A DNA stretch of 64,000 nt from contig JAKMXF010000222.1 of the NCBI GenBank assembly GCA_024704765.1, positions 1,554,400-1,618,399 on the forward strand, given 5' to 3'. Source of the stretch: Oopsacas minuta (Eukaryota > Animalia > Porifera). The notes under the pieces were generated by a model. The model saw only the letters and a list, made by a program, of their open reading frames with translations, ran no database searches and was not told where the DNA came from. The position numbers and the translations under genes were made by a program. This document shows positions 39,443-50,055 of this stretch, in pieces; the stretch's first letter is position 1, and every line of letters begins with the position of its first letter.

Positions 39443-40269
39443 TTGTATCAAAATGTAATCTGTTTTGTACATTGAATAATATTGAAATTCTATTCATGTA
39501 TAGTATGCTCACAAATTTTATATGCCACTCGACACCAGGGGTGGTGCAGCTGGTGCTGGTGCAACAGGGTGTTGGGAATAGCTATAGGTTTTCACTCCAT
39601 TGTCTAGGAAAAACATCCTAGACATATGGGGTGCAACACAGGATGGTTGGAAAGTATGAGAATACATTGACTTTTGTCGACCATTTCACAACTGAGTGTC
39701 GGCCAAGATTGTATTTATTCTAGAGCAGGGGTTTATTATAGATTGTAGATGCTTGCTTGGTGGGCACCTAAAAGTTACAGTTCCAGTTCAACAGCCATGA
39801 AGGACACAAAGTGCAGATCGTGAGGTTCAATTAGCACAGTATCAATATGTTACTGTCCAAAAGGTGCCCTCGCAGGAGAGTTCATGGAAGATAAAGTGCG
39901 GTAAAGTGTCGGTTTAGCGATGTATATTTAATTAGAATTAATGACAATGTAGTACTGTAGTAGCGAAATTGAAGTCAATTTGTAAGAGCTGTTCCAACCT
40001 CCCCAGAGATGTGAATTATTCAGAACATAATTAAGTTCATAAATTAGGTAATTGGGGTTGTTATATAAATTAATTTAAATTATATAAACAGTAACTTATT
40101 TGACAAATAGAATTTAACCTCCTTAAATTGGCAGATGAACAATTCTCGAATCCTATTGGTTATAAGGTTAGTAAAAATCTTTTAACACATAAATAAATAC
40201 ATCATCTTCCTTGGGTTTTCACATTATTGTAATTCGAATGAGTAAAATTAATGAATCATAATATTATTG

Positions 40270-43200
40270 ATGAGATGTTCGTTTTATGAAGTAACTGATA
40301 AATATACTATAATGCAGAATTCACCTCAAATAAAAACTAAAACATCCTTCATTAACACACTACTATCCCCTACTGGTATATTCGTACATCTTTGGGACAA
40401 TCTAATTCTAACAAGCATTATCCTGAACGCGTTACTTGTAGGATTCCAAGCTTCATTCAATTCTTCCATAGTATGGCTAGTGGTAATCAGCTATATGCTG
40501 GATGTCCTATTTATTATGGATGTATTTCTTCAGTTTATCATGGGATACAACGAGAAGGGAATACAGGTCACCAATCTGTCCAAAACAGCCAAGCACTACG
40601 TCACTACAATATTTATAATAGACATGTTCTCGATTTTCCCCTTTGAGTTGCTAGGAGCTATCCCAATGATTGGTCCATCTTACTATGTAGTAGCACTAGC
40701 TAGACTGAACCGAGTAGTTAGGATATACAGGATATTTTGGCTAGTCTTGAAGAATCAGTCTTCACTAGGAACAAGTTTAAACTTCATGCAAACAGTGAAA
40801 TATCTGAGTTACATATTCATTCTCTTACAGATAGCATCCTGTATGTGGTACTCAATATCCTGCAAGAATACATACCTCACTAGTCATACAGTTTGTGTTA
40901 GAGACAGCTGGTACTATAATTCTACATTATCTCTTATTAAAAATAATACTAACGACACTTCTGATTTTGAGAATTTTATTGGATCAATTTATTGGGGAAT
41001 GGCAACAATAACGTCTGCAGGTTTCGGAGATATCGTGGCAATCAGATCAGAAGAGAAGTTGGTAGCAATACTATTTATGCTAGCAGGAACACTGCTATTT
41101 GGATTCATAGTCGGTAGCATAACTTCAAATATTACAAACTCTGACACAACCTGGTTTTTGTATGTACAGAGAATACGAGCTATTATGCACTTCATGCAGG
41201 ACACTAATGTTAGTCACTCCCTGCGTGAAAAGGTCTGGCGGTACTACAATTTCTTATTTGAATCTAAACATGGAGTAGAAGATAAAATGGTAAGAAAAGG
41301 ACTACCCAAACACATGCAAGGTGATATCTCTATGAAGATAGCTCAGGAATTCCTGGACGAGTTGAGTCTATTCAAAGGCGCTCAGTACAGTTTCTACAGA
41401 GCGCTAGCAGTAGAGGTTGAGCCCTCGTTTTACTTGTCAGGCCAGAGTATAGTGAAGAAAGGAAAGAATTGCGATTTTATTTATTATATTCGTAAAGGAA
41501 AGGCTGTAATTATGTCACCAGATGATGATACTACACAGGTTAAGATATTAGAAGAGGGAGAGATTATTGGAGAATTGAGTCTTGTGTACAGTTATGATAG
41601 AATAGCGAATATTGTAGCACTCACTAATTGTGAGACACTACGATTTTCAAGAGAGAAGCTGAATCGAGTTTTGGTCTTCTTCCCAGAAGTTAGAGGAAAT
41701 ATGAAAAAAATTGCTAAATCCAGAGTGAACGAAGCGGTAAAGGAAAGTTCAACGGAAGACCTATTCAGTATGTCAAGAAACTCTGATATAAGCACTAACG
41801 AAACTAATTTCATTCATGGTCATAATTCTGGCTGTATAAGAGATACTACATCAAAAACATCTGTGTGGGGTCATAAGACTGAATCAAGGGAGAATACTCA
41901 AAAGAAAACAAACAATGTGTTAGCACAGAAAGTACAGAAGGTTGAGAAATACTTCATGTACGGGATGATGGTTCTTCTTCCTCTCTGGAGCATTATAGTC
42001 CCATACATTGCTATATTCTCATCAATTGAATGGCATATGTCACAAACTATTTCTCCTGGATTCTGGGTTCTATACGCACTGCTCTATTTTATTGATATAT
42101 TCTTCGTACTAGACACACTGCTTGTAGGAAATAACACTCTAGACTTCAAGTCTCCTTACTATATCATGTCACTAATCATTGAAGTATGTTCTAATTTACC
42201 CATAGAAATAATGGGAGCAATTATTGGAGGTAGTATTATTGGCTATAAAGTACTTTGGCTGCTTCGGCTCAACAGACTTATCAAATGGATAAAGTTGTCT
42301 AGTTACTTTGGAAAAATGGAGAAGAAGCTAGGTTCTCGCATAGAAATACTCCGCTGTCTCAAGTACTTTCTGTACATATTCTGCTCTACTCATGTGGTCG
42401 CTTGCATGTGGTTTGCAATTGCAACTTTTGAAGGAAGGGTGATTGAGGGGAGTTGGGCGTCCTTCCACCAACTCGACCTATCCCATTCTGTTCTCCATAA
42501 TTATGTAACGTCATTCTACTTCTCAGCTGTTACACTCACTTCCACTGGGTTTGGTGATATTCATGCTCACACTACGATAGAGCAAGTATCCGTAATATGT
42601 CTCAGTTTAATCGGGTTCATGTTGTATGGATATTGTCTTGCTACTCTTGCTTCAACACTTGGAAACAACGCCCTACCTAAAGTACTGTTTCAAGAGAAGA
42701 TCTCAGGAGTAAATAATTTTCTATCTAATCACAAGATTTCAGTAAGCCTCAGGAAACGCATAGAAAAATATTTCGAATTGTTCTGGATGAAATGGCAGGG
42801 TCAAAGGGGTCAAGAACACGTGATGTTTGATCTGCCACTCCCTCTCCAAGAGAACATGGCTAGTGAAATACAAGAAGATATTATCAGAGCAATGCCACTA
42901 TTCGCTCACACAGATCCTAATTACTTGAAGCGACTCTGTCTGAATACGATAACATACACGTACTGTCCTGGAGAGTTCATTATATATGCGGGAGATATGG
43001 GGAAGGAAATGTATTTCCTGAGAAGAGGAACTGTTGAAGTGTTGGATGAGACCATGTCATATGCTATTAGTACAATTGCGGCAGGTGGATACTTTGGAGA
43101 AGAAGGGTTGTTATTTGGTACCCCGAGAACCGTTAGCATCAGAGCTAGTACTTACTGTGAAGTTATAATGCTACATAAGAATGCTATTGATGACACAGCT

Positions 43201-46200
43201 CAATCCTATCCGCTGATTAAGAAGCATTTCGAAGAATTGAGTGAAAATAGAAAGCTTTCCCAAAGAGCAATCCAAGAATCAGCCGTCCCTCTTCCTTCAA
43301 TACAAGAATTAATGTATCCCAACTTATACAACACAGCTTACTCAATGCTGAAGATATTACACCCGCTTTTCTGTTTCGCACTTCCTTATGATTTGTCCAA
43401 TATTATCATGAACTCAGTCAATGATGATAATATTATTAACAAGATAACACACCCCATGGTTACACCGTTTGGACTCACTGGAATAATACAGCCATTTACT
43501 CTGAGGAAGAGACAAGAGAATGGAGTGAGAAGGAAAGAAAGTGTTAGTTCAATTCAGCGCTCGCTCAAGAAATATACTCGAGCAAGTAAAATAGTTGCAG
43601 TAGAACTAATGGAGAAACCTCAGGGCTGGACAAACACAAGACTGTTCAAGGGATCACAGGATGTAAGTAACAATATAGAGACACAACAAACGATGTACAG
43701 GAAGTCTCTTGATAGGATCAAGAATATAACGGCCATGTTCATGCTACGGCTTGCTCTCATTCCTATGTCTAGGTTTTATGCAATTTGGGAATTCCTTATC
43801 ACTGATTTAGCTTTTGCGAGTTATTTCCTGATTTGCCTACAGGCAGGCTTCTGTCCCAACTTTATAGCACTTGTAGTTGTTAATTACATGCTTGACGTTG
43901 GCTTCTTTGTGGATATGGTATTGAAACTTCATACGGCATATTTTGACAAACAACAACATATGGTTACACATCCTGCTCATTGCGCAGCAAACTACTTGAA
44001 AGGGAATCTTGTATTCGATATTTTGGCTAATTTTCCAACTGAATTTTTTCTCCCTATAATTTCTATTTTTGGTGCTACAAGCTATATGAAGATACTAGCT
44101 CTACTGCGAATGAACAGATTAATCAGAATATACAAGATACCATTAGCATTTGGACACTTTACAAAGAAGATCACAAGGACAGGATATATCTTCCTACAGC
44201 TAGAATTCATTATTATTCTATTCTTGTTGATGCATCTTACAGGCACCATATGGTTCTTGCTAGCTCAATCTCAGGAGTATTACCTCACTGACATGGTTAC
44301 AAGGTTTACACAGCAGAGCTGGGCAGCAGAGCAAAGATTATTTCACAACTCTTCAGTGACACGCCAGTACATTATATCCCTGTATTGGGCAGCAACAGCA
44401 ACATCCACAGTTGGCTATGGAGACATTTATGCCTCCACTGTAGCTGAGAGATTGTACACATCCTTTGTGATAATAATCGGGATACTCTACTATGGGTTTG
44501 TTATGGCAAATGTTGCTGCGAACATCGCCAATGCTGATGCTCAGATGGCAAGCTTCAAAGAGAAAATGGTGAATGTTGTGTTCTTCTTGAAAGATCAAAA
44601 TATAGACACAGCACTTCAGAAGAGAATTATGAATTTTTTTAAATTCATTTGGGGAGAGACGAAAGGAATAAACGCGAGCGAATTATTCAAAGAAATGCCC
44701 TTAGGGCTTCAAGGAGATATTGCATTAAGTTTGTACAAAAGTCTAATAGACAAAGTACCCTTATTCAACAATACAGAAATTGGGTTTTCTAAACTCTTAT
44801 CTCTCTCAATTCGTCCAGAATACTTCCCAAAAGGAGAGTATGTGGTGAAGAAAGGAGACTTAGGGAGTTCCATGTACTTCATCTATAGAGGAGTAGTCGA
44901 TGTTGTGAGTGAGGACGGATCCACTGTATTTGCAAGTATGGGGGAAGGTAAATTCTTTGGAGAAATCAGTGTGTTGAGTCAGCTGCCTAGAACAGCTTCA
45001 ATACGAGCATCAACAAACTGTGCATTATTCGTACTCAGGAAGGTTGACCTTGATTTAGCACTAGAAGCTTATCCACACATAAATGAACAGATCAAAGAGG
45101 AAGCGAACAGAAGAATGAATCTTGTGAAACAGAGAAGTAAAGCTGCTAAAGAAGCGAAGGAGAAAGGAGCAGACCCCAAGGCAGCAGCGGAAGCAGCAGC
45201 AAGAGCAGCGAAAGATAAAGAGAGTGTGCAAGCTAGTGATAAAACTAAAGCAGCAACTGCTCCCGAGGAGGAGGAGGTACACTTTCATAAAGCTAGCACC
45301 TGTGTTAGACGAAAGAAGAGAAATTGGTCCTGGTTTAAATCCAGAGTACAAAGGTCAACAAACAAGATTTGGGATAATATTATGAACAAGTATGAAAAAT
45401 TGAATCCAATCAAATACACTATTCACCCTGACTCTAAAAAAGCAATGGTTATCAAACTGGTGGAGTTCTTTCTCATCTACATAAGCACTTTTTCAATAAT
45501 GTTCCACGGTTTCTTCCAAGACACTGCAATATATCTCCTGGTTGTGAATTACATATTTGAGATATGTTTCATCCCTCTCATGTTAGTCAAGTTTCACATG
45601 GCATACTTTGATGAAGATGGGATGCTGCGATCAAGTCTCAGAGATATAGCAGAGCATTATCTGCTGTCCCCACTTAGCTTCGGTCTAGATATAGTCTCAT
45701 TACTCCCAATGGAAATATTCTGCCTAGTTCTAGCTGACCCAAAGCTACGTCTATCATATCTGCTCTATTTGAGGATAACACACGCTCTACGGGGAATAAA
45801 ATTACCCTTTATATTATCAGAGCAGGAGAAGACACTGAGCTTCTGGACAACATATATCCGGATATTTAAATTCTTCGTACTCACTACACTTACACTACAC
45901 ATCGTGTGTTGTGTCTGGTTCATGATGGGTTGTCAGCTAGGTGTGTGTAATCCTAACAGCTGGGCTGTCTCGAAATCAGTTTCTATCACTACATTTGTCA
46001 ATGGAACATATCGGTTGGATAAAGATTTCTCTTCCGTGTTAGATCAATATCTAACCAGCATGTACTGGACAGTAGCAACAATGACGTCCACTGGGTACGG
46101 AGATATAGTCCCTACTCAAGAGCTAGAAATGGTTCTGGCTATAGTACTCATTCCTATAGGTAGATTTGTAATGGGTTTTATTCTAGGAAATATAACTTCA

Positions 46201-46824
46201 ACACTTGCAAGTTTGAATGCTCAGAAAGTTCAATATGAATCAAAGTTCAAAGTAATGAAGAGTTATATGGATGATCTCTGTCTACCAGCATCCATACAGG
46301 GACGTGTTAAGGAGTTCTATGAGTATCACTGGAGTAAGAACAAAGGGACTAACAGGAACGAACTACTGGAAGAGTTTCCATATTGCTTACGAAATGAACT
46401 ACTAGGGATAGTAAATGACCAAGCATTGAACTCAATTCCTATCCTTAAGAGGTTCGATGCTAACATTCAAAGACATATAGCTTTGCTACTAGAGCCTCTC
46501 CTGCTAACTCAAGGCGAATACGTAGCTAAGATAGGAGACGTGGGACAAGAAGTTTACTTCATCAAGAAAGGATCTGTGGAATGTCTAGATTCTGACAGAA
46601 GATATGTAAAGAGCCTGGGACCAGGAGACTACTTTGGATTCTTAGAAACATTAGGTCGCAAGCCTTACAAATACAGTCATAGGACAGTAACACATTGTGA
46701 ATTGATAACATTAACAGAAGAGAACTTTGAACTTTTGAAAGAAGCTTATGACACAGAGAGTAACAAGGCTATATCTAGTGTAATGGAGCCTGCTATTGCT
46801 GATCTAGACAAGGAAGAAGTATAG
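40270..46824 (+). CDS. Four-repeat cyclic-nucleotide-gated K+ channel (CNGK/tetraKCNG-like), ~2185 aa; exact start uncertain
   Basis: One 6.5-kb ORF with four 6TM-pore-C-linker-CNBD modules. Filters GFGD (41020), GFGD (42547), GYGD (44413), GYGD (46093); S4-like RLNR motifs. A small upstream exon 40135-40166 splicing to 40318 is possible. Confidence 0.92.
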   Translation: MRCSFYEVTDKYTIMQNSPQIKTKTSFINTLLSPTGIFVHLWDNLILTSIILNALLVGFQASFNSSIVWLVVISYMLDVLFIMDVFLQFIMGYNEKGIQVTNLSKTAKHYVTTIFIIDMFSIFPFELLGAIPMIGPSYYVVALARLNRVVRIYRIFWLVLKNQSSLGTSLNFMQTVKYLSYIFILLQIASCMWYSISCKNTYLTSHTVCVRDSWYYNSTLSLIKNNTNDTSDFENFIGSIYWGMATITSAGFGDIVAIRSEEKLVAILFMLAGTLLFGFIVGSITSNITNSDTTWFLYVQRIRAIMHFMQDTNVSHSLREKVWRYYNFLFESKHGVEDKMVRKGLPKHMQGDISMKIAQEFLDELSLFKGAQYSFYRALAVEVEPSFYLSGQSIVKKGKNCDFIYYIRKGKAVIMSPDDDTTQVKILEEGEIIGELSLVYSYDRIANIVALTNCETLRFSREKLNRVLVFFPEVRGNMKKIAKSRVNEAVKESSTEDLFSMSRNSDISTNETNFIHGHNSGCIRDTTSKTSVWGHKTESRENTQKKTNNVLAQKVQKVEKYFMYGMMVLLPLWSIIVPYIAIFSSIEWHMSQTISPGFWVLYALLYFIDIFFVLDTLLVGNNTLDFKSPYYIMSLIIEVCSNLPIEIMGAIIGGSIIGYKVLWLLRLNRLIKWIKLSSYFGKMEKKLGSRIEILRCLKYFLYIFCSTHVVACMWFAIATFEGRVIEGSWASFHQLDLSHSVLHNYVTSFYFSAVTLTSTGFGDIHAHTTIEQVSVICLSLIGFMLYGYCLATLASTLGNNALPKVLFQEKISGVNNFLSNHKISVSLRKRIEKYFELFWMKWQGQRGQEHVMFDLPLPLQENMASEIQEDIIRAMPLFAHTDPNYLKRLCLNTITYTYCPGEFIIYAGDMGKEMYFLRRGTVEVLDETMSYAISTIAAGGYFGEEGLLFGTPRTVSIRASTYCEVIMLHKNAIDDTAQSYPLIKKHFEELSENRKLSQRAIQESAVPLPSIQELMYPNLYNTAYSMLKILHPLFCFALPYDLSNIIMNSVNDDNIINKITHPMVTPFGLTGIIQPFTLRKRQENGVRRKESVSSIQRSLKKYTRASKIVAVELMEKPQGWTNTRLFKGSQDVSNNIETQQTMYRKSLDRIKNITAMFMLRLALIPMSRFYAIWEFLITDLAFASYFLICLQAGFCPNFIALVVVNYMLDVGFFVDMVLKLHTAYFDKQQHMVTHPAHCAANYLKGNLVFDILANFPTEFFLPIISIFGATSYMKILALLRMNRLIRIYKIPLAFGHFTKKITRTGYIFLQLEFIIILFLLMHLTGTIWFLLAQSQEYYLTDMVTRFTQQSWAAEQRLFHNSSVTRQYIISLYWAATATSTVGYGDIYASTVAERLYTSFVIIIGILYYGFVMANVAANIANADAQMASFKEKMVNVVFFLKDQNIDTALQKRIMNFFKFIWGETKGINASELFKEMPLGLQGDIALSLYKSLIDKVPLFNNTEIGFSKLLSLSIRPEYFPKGEYVVKKGDLGSSMYFIYRGVVDVVSEDGSTVFASMGEGKFFGEISVLSQLPRTASIRASTNCALFVLRKVDLDLALEAYPHINEQIKEEANRRMNLVKQRSKAAKEAKEKGADPKAAAEAAARAAKDKESVQASDKTKAATAPEEEEVHFHKASTCVRRKKRNWSWFKSRVQRSTNKIWDNIMNKYEKLNPIKYTIHPDSKKAMVIKLVEFFLIYISTFSIMFHGFFQDTAIYLLVVNYIFEICFIPLMLVKFHMAYFDEDGMLRSSLRDIAEHYLLSPLSFGLDIVSLLPMEIFCLVLADPKLRLSYLLYLRITHALRGIKLPFILSEQEKTLSFWTTYIRIFKFFVLTTLTLHIVCCVWFMMGCQLGVCNPNSWAVSKSVSITTFVNGTYRLDKDFSSVLDQYLTSMYWTVATMTSTGYGDIVPTQELEMVLAIVLIPIGRFVMGFILGNITSTLASLNAQKVQYESKFKVMKSYMDDLCLPASIQGRVKEFYEYHWSKNKGTNRNELLEEFPYCLRNELLGIVNDQALNSIPILKRFDANIQRHIALLLEPLLLTQGEYVAKIGDVGQEVYFIKKGSVECLDSDRRYVKSLGPGDYFGFLETLGRKPYKYSHRTVTHCELITLTEENFELLKEAYDTESNKAISSVMEPAIADLDKEEV

Positions 46825-47583
46825 CACTTCAAATCAAACTTATATTATTACAGTATATGCTTATTTGCACAATCGCAGCTTTTTACGATTTGAACATGAT
46901 GGAATACATATATTATCACTTGTGTATCTTGTTTATATACTACAAACTATGTAATTAATATCAAATATTTGTCATTCTTGTAGAAACATAGACTACGTCT
47001 GGTAATTCAATGATAAGATCTTTGATAGGGAAGATACCGCAACATACTTATTACAGAAACACATTAAATGGGATAAATATGCTATATCCATATACATGGC
47101 CGTAGGATATGTCCGGTTTCAACAACTCAAGAGTGGTTAGCACAGTGAGTATGGGTCAACCAACTTTTGCAGGATCAGTATTTACAGTATTGACAGTATA
47201 GAATCTATAAATCAACCTGACCAATCCCATAGCCCCCAACCTATTGCTCTCCTAATGCTGCTTATCACACCGTTTTTACAGTTTATTGCAAAATATAGAC
47301 AATTAATGTGATAATAGTTCTATGAAAATATAACCGTAACATAACATAGGGTGGATAATTAGCATAATTTGCAAGAATAATTCGAATTTATAAAATTTCC
47401 TAATACAAGTCATAAAGTGCTACAAACGCTGGGCAAACTAGCATTTGGCTGGTCATTTGGGGTGTATGCAATCCACTTTTGCTTGCTAGGGGCCGAACTT
47501 ACATAGAGGGATAGACTATGTTATATCATACTAGCTTAATGGCCATGGTTTCTCTGTAAAGTCCTGCAGGGGAGGTGCATGCA

Positions 47584-49588
47584 TTAGTTCGAATTTTAAG
47601 GTTGTCATTAGTTAGAATTTTCTGAATTCTAACAAGTTAGAATCAATTTTTAGTTTATTGTTAGTTTTGTGGTTAATATGAATCGAGGGTTATCTATTGT
47701 CACTTATCTGAATCCTTATTTAACTGGATTTTTATATAGCATCAGCATTTATACCATATAATGTATAAACTATCTTTTGTAAACACTCGACAGTTATATA
47801 TTCTGAGAAGCTTGATCTTTTTGCATAATGGAATACTCAATTGAAGATTTCAAACGCTCTACAGGAAGAGTTTTTACAACTTCATATGGTCACAAGTATA
47901 TCAAATCCAAAACAAATACGAAATTCACATACCTTAGATGCGTCTTATTTAAGACTTTCAGATGCAAAGCAACTAGTAAACTGCAGTACGATATTGATAG
48001 GATCATATCAATGAATCAACATTATGGTCTAAATGAGTATGAATCATATGCTAACGAGATAAAAGAAAGTGTAAAACTATTGCTAAATGCTCACAATCTA
48101 ATCTCCGACAGATTTTTGATGATGTGAAAAGGAATGATCCATTTGCAAGTGATATTTCGTTCAGAGAAGTTGAATCATCCATGTACCATGCGCGAAGAAT
48201 GTTGCAGCCAAAGATCCCACCTACAGCTTCTGAATTCTGTGCTATGTTGCCTACAACGGCTTTTGGAGACTACTACAAGTTTTCTGTTACATGTGACAAT
48301 CAAACTGCAGTAGTTTTCTTCTCAGATAAAATGAACAATTTCTTAACTGAAGTAACGCATGTCTAATTCGATGGAACATTTTTCACTCTCCCTGTTCAAT
48401 TCTTTCAGTTATGGACGATTTTCGTAGCTGTGGGCAGACACACCTTGCCAGCGATTCATTGTTTGATGACTGCAAAAAGTCAAGATCTCTATGAAGCAAT
48501 TTTGGAAAATGTTAGTGTTGGGGTTCCTCTTTTTCAGCCTTCCTCCTCAATGTCAGACTGGGAACCAGCAGCTAGAATTGCATTTCGCAATGTATATCCA
48601 CAAATGAAAGTTTATGGTTGCTTGTTTCATTTTACTCAGCGTATTTGGGCGAAAACACAAAAACTTGGGCTCAGTCAGGGTTTTAGAAATTCTCATGAAG
48701 TGGCCACATTTATCAGGCAAATGATGGCTATCCCATTTTGCCAGCTTCATTGATTACTCCCATATATAGCTTTCTTCAATGCCTACACTTGAAAATCTTG
48801 AGATGATAAAGCTCGAAAAACTGAAGAAATATTTCCAGAAGCGTTGGCTAACTCATATTACACCAAATGAGCTTTCCATTTTTGACATTAATATAAGTAC
48901 GAATAATGCAGCAGAGAGTTATCACTCCGAACTCAAGTCAATAATAAAGATTGGCCATCTCAGGATATGGAGTTTTATGAAAACGCTAAATGAAATAATA
49001 TAGGATAGCGATAATGAAATTATTGGGCGTTTACGACAAGGAAGAGAAATAACTAGGCCAAGAAAAAAGAAACACATAAAAAATGATGAACATAGAAGTT
49101 TATTCAAACGAAGATTAACTGATGGACTGTATTCACCATGGGAGTTCTTACAAGCAATGGGAAATACTATTGGTAACTTCAAAACCACTGAAGAATTAAT
49201 CTCGAGTGATTCTGAACAGTCCGAAGAAGGCATCAGATAAATAATAATACTGAAAGTATATGCGCTGTCTGCCTCTTAACCCGTACAACCACATGCTTTT
49301 TCATTCCTTGTAGACATGCTATATTAGTTGTAGCGAACGGATTGAAGAGTTAGGACAACCTTGTCCAATCTGCCGTCTCTATCATAGAAGATAGATTCCG
49401 AATCTTCACAGTCTAACCATTTATCCTGTCTTACTAGTATTTTCATCTGTTTTCTCATTATCACTTATTAGAAACAAATATTTAATCACAACCCTCATTC
49501 AATAGTATACACATTATACGTTATATTGATTCGAACTTGTTACAATTCAGAAAATTCTAACTAATGACAACCTTAAAATTCGAACTAA
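47584..49588 (+). mobile_element. MULE (Mutator-like) transposon, defective, with FLYWCH-like N-terminus and RING remnant
   Basis: ~64-bp TIR core ttagttcgaattttaaggttgtcattagttagaattttctgaatt.taacaagtt.gaatcaat at 47584-47647 and 49525-49588. ORF pieces from 47828: YLRC..C..H, FDGTFF, SDWE, GCLFHFTQ, TNNAAESYH; CAVC..PCRH..C..CPICR at 49261-49376. No TSD found. Confidence 0.88.
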
Positions 49589-50055
49589 AGCAGCGACCCT
49601 GCAAAGATTTACACTTTTACAATTTATACAGCTAATATGTCCATGGTTTACGAAAAGTTTTGGAATATTACAATGTATGGACTATAGCTCAGTTAATATA
49701 TTGGAGTAGCACATTGACTGGAGGCAAAAGTAAGCGGAGACCCTGATTTGGATTTGTAATAATCGAAGTAGTAGTACATAGTAATATAGATTTCCTATAC
49801 CTGCATGAAATATGCCATGTATGTTAGAATACCATTCTTATTGTTAGAAATGGTTACTAACCTAATTTCATGAGTGAAGATAATAAACTAAACATTTTGT
49901 TGAGAATATGTATGAAACATTACATTATAATACGCAGTAGTAAACTAAATAGTTGGTATTAAAATCCAGAATAACCTCAACTGATTATTGCTCAATATAT
50001 ACAAGGACATAGCTCAGGTGAAGTCACAATAAACTGTAGGATTACTACATCCGTA

